DNA of 22,493 bases, from positions 5,132-27,624 of the forward strand of contig JAWLEP010000025.1 of the NCBI GenBank assembly GCA_041686025.1, in the 5' to 3' direction. The stretch's first letter is position 1, and every line of letters starts with the position of its first letter. This stretch comes from Candidatus Fermentibacteraceae bacterium (GTDB taxonomy: Bacteria; Fermentibacterota; Fermentibacteria; Fermentibacterales; JCC-6). Below the pieces are notes generated by a model. It was not told where the DNA came from. It saw nothing but the letters and a program-made list of their open reading frames with translations, and did not search any database. This document shows positions 9,208 to 17,283 of this stretch, one piece after another. The position numbers and the translations under genes are program-made.

Positions 9208-9971
9208 AGCGAATAGCCTCTCTGCTGGGAAGCCCCCGGAAGGGCAATACGCACAGGCTGTTGACGGCGATGGAGCGGGTCCTGGACGCCGCTGGCGACA
9301 CGGAGCTTCACCGCATAAACCTGGCGGATGTCGGCATTCGGGGGTGCGCGGGCTGCCACCTCTGCCTGACCCGGGGAATCGAGCTGTGTCCCCTGCGGGA
9401 CGACCTGACGCGCGTACTGGAGTCGATTCGATCCGCCGACGGCCTGATACTGGCCGCACCGGTCTACATCATGCAGGTGCCCGGTCTGGTTAAGACCCTC
9501 TTCGACCGCCTGGCCTTTCTCTGCCATCGACCGGAGCTGTACGGGACGCACGCCATGGTGATGGCCACCACCGGGGCCGTGGGACTGAAGGATGTACTGG
9601 GCTACATGGGTGACGTGGCAATGGTGTGGGGCTGCCGCAGCGTCATCAGCATGGGGGCGGCGACACCGCCGGGGGGCCTTCCGGAGCGGGGGCTTCCCGA
9701 GAAGCTTCAGGCCAGGGTCGAAAGGACGGCGGACACCTTCCTTTCGAGGCTGGAAAGGGGCGACGGATACCCGGTCGCCCTGCGGAGCCTTATACAGTTC
9801 AGGATCCAGCGCCGGCTGTTCAGCGACCCGTCCATGGTGGACATCATGCCCGAGGACTACCGCCACTACACGGCTCTGAGGAGTGTCTCCTACCCCGCGG
9901 CCGGTCCTGTGGGTCCGGCAAGGAGAGCCGCGGCCTGGCTGGTGGAGAAGGCCGCGGCTCCATTCATGTAG
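9204..9971 (+). CDS. Flavodoxin-like iron-sulfur flavoprotein / NADPH-dependent FMN reductase family
   Basis: LGSPRKGNT FMN loop, CAGCHLC..CPLRDD 4Fe-4S motif, ADGLILAAPVY, KTLFDR. Confidence 0.88.
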   Translation: MKRIASLLGSPRKGNTHRLLTAMERVLDAAGDTELHRINLADVGIRGCAGCHLCLTRGIELCPLRDDLTRVLESIRSADGLILAAPVYIMQVPGLVKTLFDRLAFLCHRPELYGTHAMVMATTGAVGLKDVLGYMGDVAMVWGCRSVISMGAATPPGGLPERGLPEKLQARVERTADTFLSRLERGDGYPVALRSLIQFRIQRRLFSDPSMVDIMPEDYRHYTALRSVSYPAAGPVGPARRAAAWLVEKAAAPFM

Positions 9972-9978
9972 GTTCCGG

Positions 9979-12225
9979 TCAGCGGATCAGCACCAGCCTG
10001 GCGCCGGCCTCGGCACTTCCGCCTTCGGCTCGGAGAAGGTAGACGCCGGGGGCTACGTCCGCCTCCGGTGTCCAGACGCACTCGGCGCTGCCGCCGGAAA
10101 TGCCTGCCTCGTCGGAATGCACCACCCTTCCCGCGAAGTCGTACACCAGGAATGTCACCCGGGAGCCGGCGGGCACGCCCCGGGCCTGAAGCAGAACCTG
10201 GCCGGAAGCGGGGGAGGGAGAGGCGAAGGCGGTCATTCCGCCGCTCTCGGCCGGGCCCTCCTCAACGCCCAGCTGCTCCGTGGTGATCTCCACGACCCCG
10301 TAGCCGCGAAGGCCGGCAAACAGCTGGTTGCCGGACTCGCCGTAGACTATGTCCCAGACCACCCTGTTCTCGATGCCCTGGTTCAGCGGCTGCCAGCTGT
10401 CTCCTCCGTCCGGGCTCCAGGACACGCCGTTGCCGTTGGTGCCGGCGAGGACGTTCTCGTCCCTGGTGCCCATAACCGACCACAAGAGCCCGGATGAGCC
10501 GGGACAGGACTCCCAGGTCTCGCCGCTGTCGTCCGACCGCCATACGCCGCCGTCGGTGGCGCAGTAGGCCCGGTTGTCGCTCCACCTGGTGGACAGACCG
10601 GGACGGTAGCTGCCGGAGGGGCCGTCTGCCAGGCTGAAGGAGATTCCGCCGTCGTCGGAGTAGTAGACGCCGTCTCCCAGCTGCTGGTAGGAGAGGAGTA
10701 TCCTCAGGCTGTCCCCCATGGGAAGCAGGTCCAGCGAGGGGTACAGGGCAAAGGGCAGGCCGCTGCTCTGCTCCCAGGTAGCGCCCCCGTCGGTGGTGTA
10801 GCTCACACCGGAGGAAGCGGTGCCGGCCCAGGCACGGTCCGGGTCGGAGGGGTCGAAGACGATATCGGATACCTGCGTCCCCTCCAGTCCGGCGCCCAGC
10901 CAGGTCTCGCCGCCGTTGAACGACTTGTAGACCCCGTCGCCGGTGGCGGCCCACAGAGTGTCGGGGCCGTAGTGAAGGTCGGTCTCCGGCCAGATGCCGT
11001 AGATGGTCCAGTTCTCCAGGCCGTCACCGATGAGCTCCCATGTCTCGCCACCGTCGGGGCTGCTCCAGAGGCCGTGGTAGTCGCCTCCGGCCAGCAGCTC
11101 ATCCGTCTGCTCCATGTATGCGACAGCATGGACGAAGGCGTTGTTGATGCCCTCCTGGCTCACGGAGAAGCCCTCCATGGGCACCGTCTCCATGTATACG
11201 CCACCGTAGTGGCCGGCCAGGTATCCCGAGGAGGTGGCGCACCCGGCCTGCCAGTACGAGGCTACGATTCCGTCGGCGCTCTCGCCCCAGTTGATGCCTC
11301 CATCGGGGCTCTCCCAGACGCCCTCGCCGATTATGGGCGCATAGAAGTACTCGCCGTCGTAGACCGCGGGGGCATAGCTGCTGCCCTCCACCACAAGTCC
11401 CCAGCTGCTCCCGTAGTCGCCGGAGAGGTAGTAGCCGTCGTCATGGGTCAGCATCAGTACGCTGCTGTCGTCTCCCGGGCAGGCCAGAAGGCCCCATCCC
11501 GAGCCTGCAGGCCCCATGGCGGACCAGGTGGCTCCGCCGTCTGTGCTCCGGTAGAGGGGGTAGTCCAGACCCGACATGGCCACGTACATGGTGTCGGGGC
11601 TGTTGGGGTCGGTCCCGAAGCCCTTCATGTAGCCTTCGCTGAGGCCTACCTCCTCCCAGTTCTCGCCGCCGTCGGTAGACCTCCTTATCCCCTGGCCGGA
11701 GGACAGGCCCGCGATGAGCAGGTCGGGGTCGGCGGTGTTGACGCCGATTCCGATTACGTACGAGCTGCCCAGACCGGGGACCTGGGTCCATGTGGAGCCC
11801 TCATCTTCGGATACGTAGAGCCCGGTGCGGGTGGCGGCGTAGAACGTCTGCGGAGCGGAAGGGCCCGCGGCGCAGGCGTCGTTCACCGGCGTTCCCTGCA
11901 GGTCGGATGCGCTCCAGGTGTAGCCGCCGTCGGTGCTGCGCCAGACGCCACCGGCGTCGGAGGCCATGGAGAAGCCGCAGCCCACTATCACCACGCTGCC
12001 CTCGGCGGGAGAGGTCACCAGGGCGCGGACGTTTCCGCCCCAGGGCCCCTCGCCCGTCCATTCCCCCTGTCCGTATGCCGGGGGTTCCAGAAGGTCTTCG
12101 GACGTGTATCCGTTGGGAATCGGACGTCCGGCCGGAAGAACCGACCCGGTGAGCGGATCGACCGCCCCGTCGCCGGCCGCCACCGCCGCCGCGGCGAGGG
12201 CGACCGTCATCAGTGCTCTGAACAT
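9979..12225 (-). CDS. Secreted BNR/Asp-box beta-propeller protein with FlgD-Ig/T9SS-like C-terminal tail
   Basis: SD GGAGGT and signal peptide. Twelve S/T-x-D/N-x-G-x-x-W/F boxes (e.g. RSTDGGYTW, RSTDGGENW, WSPDGGDSW). Tail ASPSP..VYDFAGRVV..W..PGVYLLR..RLVLIR. Confidence 0.88.
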   Translation of the reverse strand: MFRALMTVALAAAAVAAGDGAVDPLTGSVLPAGRPIPNGYTSEDLLEPPAYGQGEWTGEGPWGGNVRALVTSPAEGSVVIVGCGFSMASDAGGVWRSTDGGYTWSASDLQGTPVNDACAAGPSAPQTFYAATRTGLYVSEDEGSTWTQVPGLGSSYVIGIGVNTADPDLLIAGLSSGQGIRRSTDGGENWEEVGLSEGYMKGFGTDPNSPDTMYVAMSGLDYPLYRSTDGGATWSAMGPAGSGWGLLACPGDDSSVLMLTHDDGYYLSGDYGSSWGLVVEGSSYAPAVYDGEYFYAPIIGEGVWESPDGGINWGESADGIVASYWQAGCATSSGYLAGHYGGVYMETVPMEGFSVSQEGINNAFVHAVAYMEQTDELLAGGDYHGLWSSPDGGETWELIGDGLENWTIYGIWPETDLHYGPDTLWAATGDGVYKSFNGGETWLGAGLEGTQVSDIVFDPSDPDRAWAGTASSGVSYTTDGGATWEQSSGLPFALYPSLDLLPMGDSLRILLSYQQLGDGVYYSDDGGISFSLADGPSGSYRPGLSTRWSDNRAYCATDGGVWRSDDSGETWESCPGSSGLLWSVMGTRDENVLAGTNGNGVSWSPDGGDSWQPLNQGIENRVVWDIVYGESGNQLFAGLRGYGVVEITTEQLGVEEGPAESGGMTAFASPSPASGQVLLQARGVPAGSRVTFLVYDFAGRVVHSDEAGISGGSAECVWTPEADVAPGVYLLRAEGGSAEAGARLVLIR

Positions 12226-12352
12226 CTCTTACCTCCCCTGGAGGTGTTGTTATGTCTTCGACTCGTCAAGACTAAGATCACCGCGGCGGCGGTCCCGGCA
12301 AATGGGGGAGACCGGGACATGCACACGGGGAGAGCTTTGAGGGCCGGCCGGC

Positions 12353-12760
12353 CTAGGCCTTTACCTGCCACTCCTCCTCGCCCACCGGCGAAAGGGATAT
12401 TCCGTTGGTCTGTAGCGTGTTGCGGAGCCAGTCAAGACTCCTGTCGAAGTTGTTCAGCAGGACCTCGGTGCCGTCGACGGATTTCAGGGAGAGCAGTTTG
12501 TCGTTCTTCACGTATCTCCCGCGGGACACCCTCATGCCGTCCAGGGGGAGGCTCACCGGCCTGCCCTTGACCAGAAGGCGCAGCAGTATCCCCAGGACGT
12601 TGTAGAACGGGGCCATCCTGCCGAGGTGGTAGTGTATGAGCCTTCTGTTGGTGACCACGTTCTTCGTGCTCACTGGGAACTTGACCTTCCTGCCCTGCAG
12701 GCCGTAGTAGCGACCCTCCCAGAGAACCTTCTCGTCCGGCTGCAGCTCGTGCTTTGCCAT
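12353..12760 (-). CDS. Hypothetical 135-aa protein, possibly PH-like fold
   Basis: SD GGAGGAG then ATG. The LQPDEKVLWEG..VVTNRRLI pattern is seen in bacterial PH-domain proteins. Confidence 0.7.
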   Translation of the reverse strand: MAKHELQPDEKVLWEGRYYGLQGRKVKFPVSTKNVVTNRRLIHYHLGRMAPFYNVLGILLRLLVKGRPVSLPLDGMRVSRGRYVKNDKLLSLKSVDGTEVLLNNFDRSLDWLRNTLQTNGISLSPVGEEEWQVKA

Positions 12761-12835
12761 CCGTCTCCTCCAGCGATGGGTTGTCGTCCGATTCCGAGGC
12801 TGCGAATATATCCCCGAAGCCCGTGCCGTGGGAGC

Positions 12836-13080
12836 CTAGAGCAGCTCCAGCGGGACCATGCCCACCAACAGCCGGTGGTACTCCACCTCGCAGCCCAGAT
12901 CGGGTCGTCGGGAGCGGATGGGCCGGAATATATGTCCCAGGTGGAGGAAGGATCTGCGGTGGCCACGATCATGGTCTCCCCGAACCACACCCCACCCCAC
13001 TCGTGGACGCGCACCACATCCACGGGTACGGGTGGAGCAACCACCGTATCGCATACCGCCGCCAGCATCAGACCCAGCAT
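12836..13080 (-). pseudogene. Internally deleted/frameshifted remnant of an exported VHEWG-motif hypothetical protein
   Basis: SD GGAGGGAG, ATG 13080, MLGLMLAAVCDTVVAPP..VRVHEWGGV. The frame becomes unnatural near 12900, where another frame gives a C-terminus-like PDLGCEVEYHRLLVGMVPLELL* ending at 12836. Confidence 0.45.
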
Positions 13081-13138
13081 CGCATCTCCCTCCCTCTGTT
13101 GTCAGGCCTGTTCCTCCTTGGTACAGCCCCGCCGCCGG

Positions 13139-14218
13139 CTATTCCGCCTCTCCCGCGTCACAGCACAGCAGCGTGCTGCGGTAGACCCATACGGCTCCGT
13201 CCTCGACGAACAGGATCATCCCCGGCTCGCCGGCCTCCGTGACCACTCCGTCCACCATGCCCTCGGTCAGCCCCGGCAGGCCGACAGCGCCGTCTGCGGA
13301 GAAGTCGTGCCAATCGATCTCGCCCAGAAGCACATCGCTGGAGGGCCCCCTGGAGAAGAGGTAGCGGCCGTCGTCCAGACGCAGGTGGACGCGGAGCTCC
13401 TCCCCGGGATTCGTCCATGCCCCGCCGTCGGCGAACCGGAGAACCTGCCGGTGGCCCTCCCGTGCCAGCCCGGCATCGGGCAGCACCCACTCGTAGAGGA
13501 TTCCGCACCCGGTGGTGTCCTCCACCAGCACCTCACCGGAGGTGACGTCGACTATCAGGTCCGGCGGGCGGGCCCCGGCGGCGGCCAGGTCGGACCAGGG
13601 ACTGGGAAGGAAACCGTCCGCCAGCAGTCCTGCGCAGCTTCCGCTGCGGGCACCTCCGGCGACTTCGATCAGGTGCTCATCGGAGGACGAAGGCATGCCC
13701 TCCATGAGGGTGCTCCGGTACTCCCGGGGATGTGGGTCGCAGTCCAGGAGGGGACTGCCGTAGAGGAACCGGGAATCGGCGGTGAACTCGAACCCCGGCC
13801 CCCTGCCCACCAGAAGCGTAAGGCCCACGGGACGGGCGTCCGATCCATCGGCGCCGCACACCACCAGCAGAAGCGGGTCCATCGCGTAGTGCCCGGCCGG
13901 CCGAAGGCTGTCGGACAGACCGACGCAGAGGCCCAGGCAGACCAGGCTGCCGTCGGGGCTGCTCTCCAGGAGCATCACCTCCCCCGACCAGTCCCATCCG
14001 TCCTCCGCCGGGCCCCAGTCGAGCTCCAGGGGGTGGCTGAGCAGGCTGTCCGGGCTCAGGACCTTGGGCCGCAGAGAGCTGTCTACGTATGCCACGCCCC
14101 CCGCAAGGGGCTGCAGAGTCCTGCAGTACTCGCTTGTCTCAAGGGGCAGCCGGAGGGGACTGTCCGGAGCCGGCAGCGAGGCCGGGGCAAGAATGGCGAT
14201 GATCATGAAGACCTGCAT
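13139..14218 (-). CDS. Hypothetical secreted protein, probable TolB/WD40-like beta-propeller
   Basis: SD GGAGG 7 nt before ATG. Hydrophobic N-terminus. Repeats SSPDGSLV, GADGSDARP and FTADSRFLY. Confidence 0.7.
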   Translation of the reverse strand: MQVFMIIAILAPASLPAPDSPLRLPLETSEYCRTLQPLAGGVAYVDSSLRPKVLSPDSLLSHPLELDWGPAEDGWDWSGEVMLLESSPDGSLVCLGLCVGLSDSLRPAGHYAMDPLLLVVCGADGSDARPVGLTLLVGRGPGFEFTADSRFLYGSPLLDCDPHPREYRSTLMEGMPSSSDEHLIEVAGGARSGSCAGLLADGFLPSPWSDLAAAGARPPDLIVDVTSGEVLVEDTTGCGILYEWVLPDAGLAREGHRQVLRFADGGAWTNPGEELRVHLRLDDGRYLFSRGPSSDVLLGEIDWHDFSADGAVGLPGLTEGMVDGVVTEAGEPGMILFVEDGAVWVYRSTLLCCDAGEAE

Positions 14219-14356
14219 GGTGCGTCCTCCACCCGGTAGAGCCAGACGCTGTCACATCCGCAGCGAAGAGATGGTGCCGGTCGGCGGAGGGGTCAACCCG
14301 CAACCCCCCGGCCGGTACGGCCCGGCTTGCGGAGCGCGTGGGTCTTCGTTGCCGTT

Positions 14357-14386
14357 TTGACTGCATACAAGTCGGGTAGGTATTCT
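14357..14386 (+). promoter_or_regulatory. Sigma70-like promoter of the metallopeptidase gene
   Basis: TTGACT (14357-62)-N18-TATTCT (14381-86) in an AT-rich patch ~40 nt before ATG 14428. Confidence 0.55.
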
Positions 14387-14427
14387 ATCTATAGGAGAAG
14401 GTGCTCTTCTGAGAGAGGCGGCTCGAG

Positions 14428-16143
14428 ATGACAGACACAAGGTGCGAATCGATGTTGTTGCGCCCTTCGACTATTCCGTTTCTGCTCCTGGCGATGGTCT
14501 CGCTTTTCGCCGTTACGGCAGCGGCGGAGATGCCCCATCCCCATGACGTGGAGGTGCCGGCCCCGGATGAGGTAGGGCCGGATGTGCTGCTGGAGGCTCC
14601 GGGGGTGCCCCTGGAGCCCCCCGACAACCCCCAGGTGGGTGACTCCTGGGTATGGTGGCTCTGGGTACACGAGCCCATGCCGCCGCACTTCGAGCAGCAC
14701 GTCTGCACCGTGCGCGGCCTTTCGGACCGCGGCTACGTGGTGGTCCGAGACGAGGAGTGGGGCGTCTCCATCGACCAGGCCGACGTGGACTCCATTCTGG
14801 AGTACTGGGAGAACGCCAGCATCGGGCCCTTCCCGGAGCAGGGCATATACGAGACCGACAGCATCGCCTTCGGGCAGCCGCCGGACGAGCTGGACGACGA
14901 CAAGCGCATCTACCTGCTCTGGTTCGACTTCGGGATATCGGCCGACGGCTTCTTCTTCTGGTTCGACCAGTACCCCGAGGGTACGTATCCGCAGTACCAC
15001 AGCAACGAGTGCGAGGTTCTCTACCTCAACACCACCAGCCAGGGAGGCCCGGGCGGCCACTACATGAACGCCGTCATGGCCCACGAGCTGGAGCACATGA
15101 TCCACTGGAAGTACGACGAGGACGAACTGTCCTGGGTGGACGAGGGGATGGCCGAGCTGGCCATGTGGCTATACGGCAACCCCGACAACATCAGCGGCTT
15201 CAACGGCAACCCCGACAACAGCCTCGTGGTCTGGGACGGAACATGGGCCGACTACATCAAGACCTACCTGTGGACCCTCTACTTCTACGAGAGGTACGGC
15301 GGCCTGGAGACCGTGTACGCCGTGGTTCACGAGCCGGCCAACTCCACTGCCGGCTACGACGAGATCCTGGACGACTACGGCTACTCCGAGGACTTCCGTG
15401 ACGTCTTCGCCGACTGGACCGTGGCCAACTTCCTCGACGACACCACAATCGCAGACGGGCGTTACGGATACGCAGGCGACGAGCTGCCCGCCTTCTCGGT
15501 GTCCGGCAACTACACCAGCTATCCGGTGGAGGAGGAGAGCGGAACGGTGAGCAACTGGGCCGCCGACTACTACCGCTTCCACAACATCTCCGACGGGGGC
15601 CTGACGCTGGCCTTCGACGGCTCGGACACCAACTGGTTCGCCGTATGGGCCCTGCACATTCCCGCCGCTGGAGACACGGAGGTCTACCGCATGGAGCTCG
15701 ACTCCGCGTCCCAGTCCGGAGAGATCACCGTAACCGGCGTCGAAGGTCCCGACGACGAGGTGATTCTGGTGGCCGCCAGCGCCTCCTCCACGGGTGGACC
15801 CGACTACACCTTCAGCGCCTGGGAGAGCACCGGCGTCTCCGGGGGCAGCTCCCGGCCGGGGACTCTGTCCGTGTCCGCCGAGCCCAACCCCGCCACAGCC
15901 TGGGTAACACTGTACGTGAGGTGGGAGAGCACTGCGGATAAGGTGCCATCCGTCTCCGTCTACGATGCCTCCGGCCGGCTGGCCCGCGGCCTGGAGCCCG
16001 GGGGCGACCCGGCTGCCGGGGAGGCCGTGATCACCTGGGACCGAAGCCGGGAGGGCGGCGGCCGTGCCCCGGCCGGCGTCTACTACGTCCGCGTCGAGCT
16101 GGGCGACGAGCGGGAGTCCGAGGCCCTGCTGCTGCTGCCCTGA
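14428..16143 (+). CDS. Secreted zinc metallopeptidase (M30 hyicolysin-like gluzincin) with FlgD-Ig/T9SS-like tail
   Basis: HExxH in AHELEHMIH plus third-ligand motif WVDEGMAE. FG.PPD..DDD.RIYLL motif and signal peptide. Tail PNP..VYDASGRLAR..WD..GG..AGVYYVR..LLLLP. Confidence 0.88.
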   Translation: MTDTRCESMLLRPSTIPFLLLAMVSLFAVTAAAEMPHPHDVEVPAPDEVGPDVLLEAPGVPLEPPDNPQVGDSWVWWLWVHEPMPPHFEQHVCTVRGLSDRGYVVVRDEEWGVSIDQADVDSILEYWENASIGPFPEQGIYETDSIAFGQPPDELDDDKRIYLLWFDFGISADGFFFWFDQYPEGTYPQYHSNECEVLYLNTTSQGGPGGHYMNAVMAHELEHMIHWKYDEDELSWVDEGMAELAMWLYGNPDNISGFNGNPDNSLVVWDGTWADYIKTYLWTLYFYERYGGLETVYAVVHEPANSTAGYDEILDDYGYSEDFRDVFADWTVANFLDDTTIADGRYGYAGDELPAFSVSGNYTSYPVEEESGTVSNWAADYYRFHNISDGGLTLAFDGSDTNWFAVWALHIPAAGDTEVYRMELDSASQSGEITVTGVEGPDDEVILVAASASSTGGPDYTFSAWESTGVSGGSSRPGTLSVSAEPNPATAWVTLYVRWESTADKVPSVSVYDASGRLARGLEPGGDPAAGEAVITWDRSREGGGRAPAGVYYVRVELGDERESEALLLLP

Positions 16144-16165
16144 CCGGAGGAACGAATCACATGGG

Positions 16166-16188
16166 GGGGCGGCCCGTCCGGCCGCCCC
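16166..16188. terminator. GC hairpin GGGGCGGCC-CGTCC-GGCCGCCCC between convergent genes
   Basis: Perfect 9-bp stem starting 23 nt after the peptidase stop. No U-tract, so the terminator role is uncertain. Confidence 0.4.
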
Positions 16189-16502
16189 AGCCATCTGCGG
16201 GCCCTCTTCCCGGAGACAGCCGATGCCGGCGGGAAGCCTCCGTTCATCGCAGAGGTGCCGGATGCATATGCGGACGTGAACCTGGAGAGAACTCCGCCAG
16301 GTATGCGGAGAGGGGAAGCAGAAGATCATGACGCACTCATCTTTTCGGGAATGGTCATGATTGCCTGCCGGGGCCCGATGCGATGTGCTCCCCTGCAGCC
16401 GGCCGGTGGAATGGGCGGAGCAGAGCGAATCGTGCACGAGGGCACTGAAGCGCCTGCGGGAGATGCACTCGACGCAGGAGTAGAAGCGCTGCTGCCCGAA
16501 TC

Positions 16503-17270
16503 TCAGCGGCGGGAGGCGGCTATGGCCGCGCCGAGGGCGCCGGTGATCTGTGGCTCGGGAGGGACGGTAACCTCCAGCCCGGTCTCCCCGGCTATGGCCC
16601 GGACCACGCCGCCGTTCTTTGCCACCCCGCCTGTGAAGACCAGCTGGGGACGGATGGTGTTGGGGCCGGCCATGGCCAGCGTGCGGGCGGCCACCGACCG
16701 GAACACGCCGCACAGTATGGTCTCGGGGGGTGTGCCATGCTGCAGCAGGCCGATTATCTCGCTCTCGGCGAAGACGGCGCACATGGAGGATATCTCCGCG
16801 GCGTCGGAGTGGCCCCTGGTGAGCTCGCCCATCCTGTCCGGCGGGGTCTGCAGCGTCTGACCCGTCATCTCGATGAACTTCCCGGTGCCTGCGGCGCAAC
16901 GGTCGTTCATGGTGAAGTCGATGGGTCTGCCCTCCTCGTCGAGGTGGATCATCTTGGAGTCCTGGCCGCCGATGTCTATGACTGTGCGGGCCTGGGGGTA
17001 GAGGTAGGCTACGCCGGTGGCGTGGCAGATGATCTCGGAGAGGACCCTGTTCGCGCGCTGGAAGTAGTTCCTGCCGTAGCCGGTTGCTACCGTAGTTGCG
17101 ATGTCACCGGCTGAGAGGCCGGCGGCGGCCAGCGTTCTCTCCAGCAGGGCCTCGGCGTTCTGCGAGGGCCTGTGGCCGCTGTCGGCCAGGCCCTGCTCCA
17201 CCACCGCGGCTCCGTCGTAGAGCACCACCTCCGTTGACCTGGCCCCGATGTCGACTCCGCAGTAGATCAC
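16503..17270 (-). CDS. ATP-dependent [4Fe-4S] activase (HgdC/HadI/DCCP-R; BcrAD_BadFG ASKHA family)
   Basis: GVDIGARSTE, ATGYGR, SEIICHA, IDIGGQDSK, MNDRCAAGTG, ISSMCAVFAESE, FTGGVA, GALGAA. Confidence 0.95.
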   Translation of the reverse strand: MIYCGVDIGARSTEVVLYDGAAVVEQGLADSGHRPSQNAEALLERTLAAAGLSAGDIATTVATGYGRNYFQRANRVLSEIICHATGVAYLYPQARTVIDIGGQDSKMIHLDEEGRPIDFTMNDRCAAGTGKFIEMTGQTLQTPPDRMGELTRGHSDAAEISSMCAVFAESEIIGLLQHGTPPETILCGVFRSVAARTLAMAGPNTIRPQLVFTGGVAKNGGVVRAIAGETGLEVTVPPEPQITGALGAAIAASRR

Positions 17271-17283
17271 CTGTCCCCGCCTC

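Noticed and set aside
14248..14258. GCTGTCACATC repeated at 21953-21963, upstream of two minus-strand units (CRP-like half-site)
   Set aside because: One shared 11-mer among a few kb of intergenic DNA is roughly expected by chance, and there is no second half-site.
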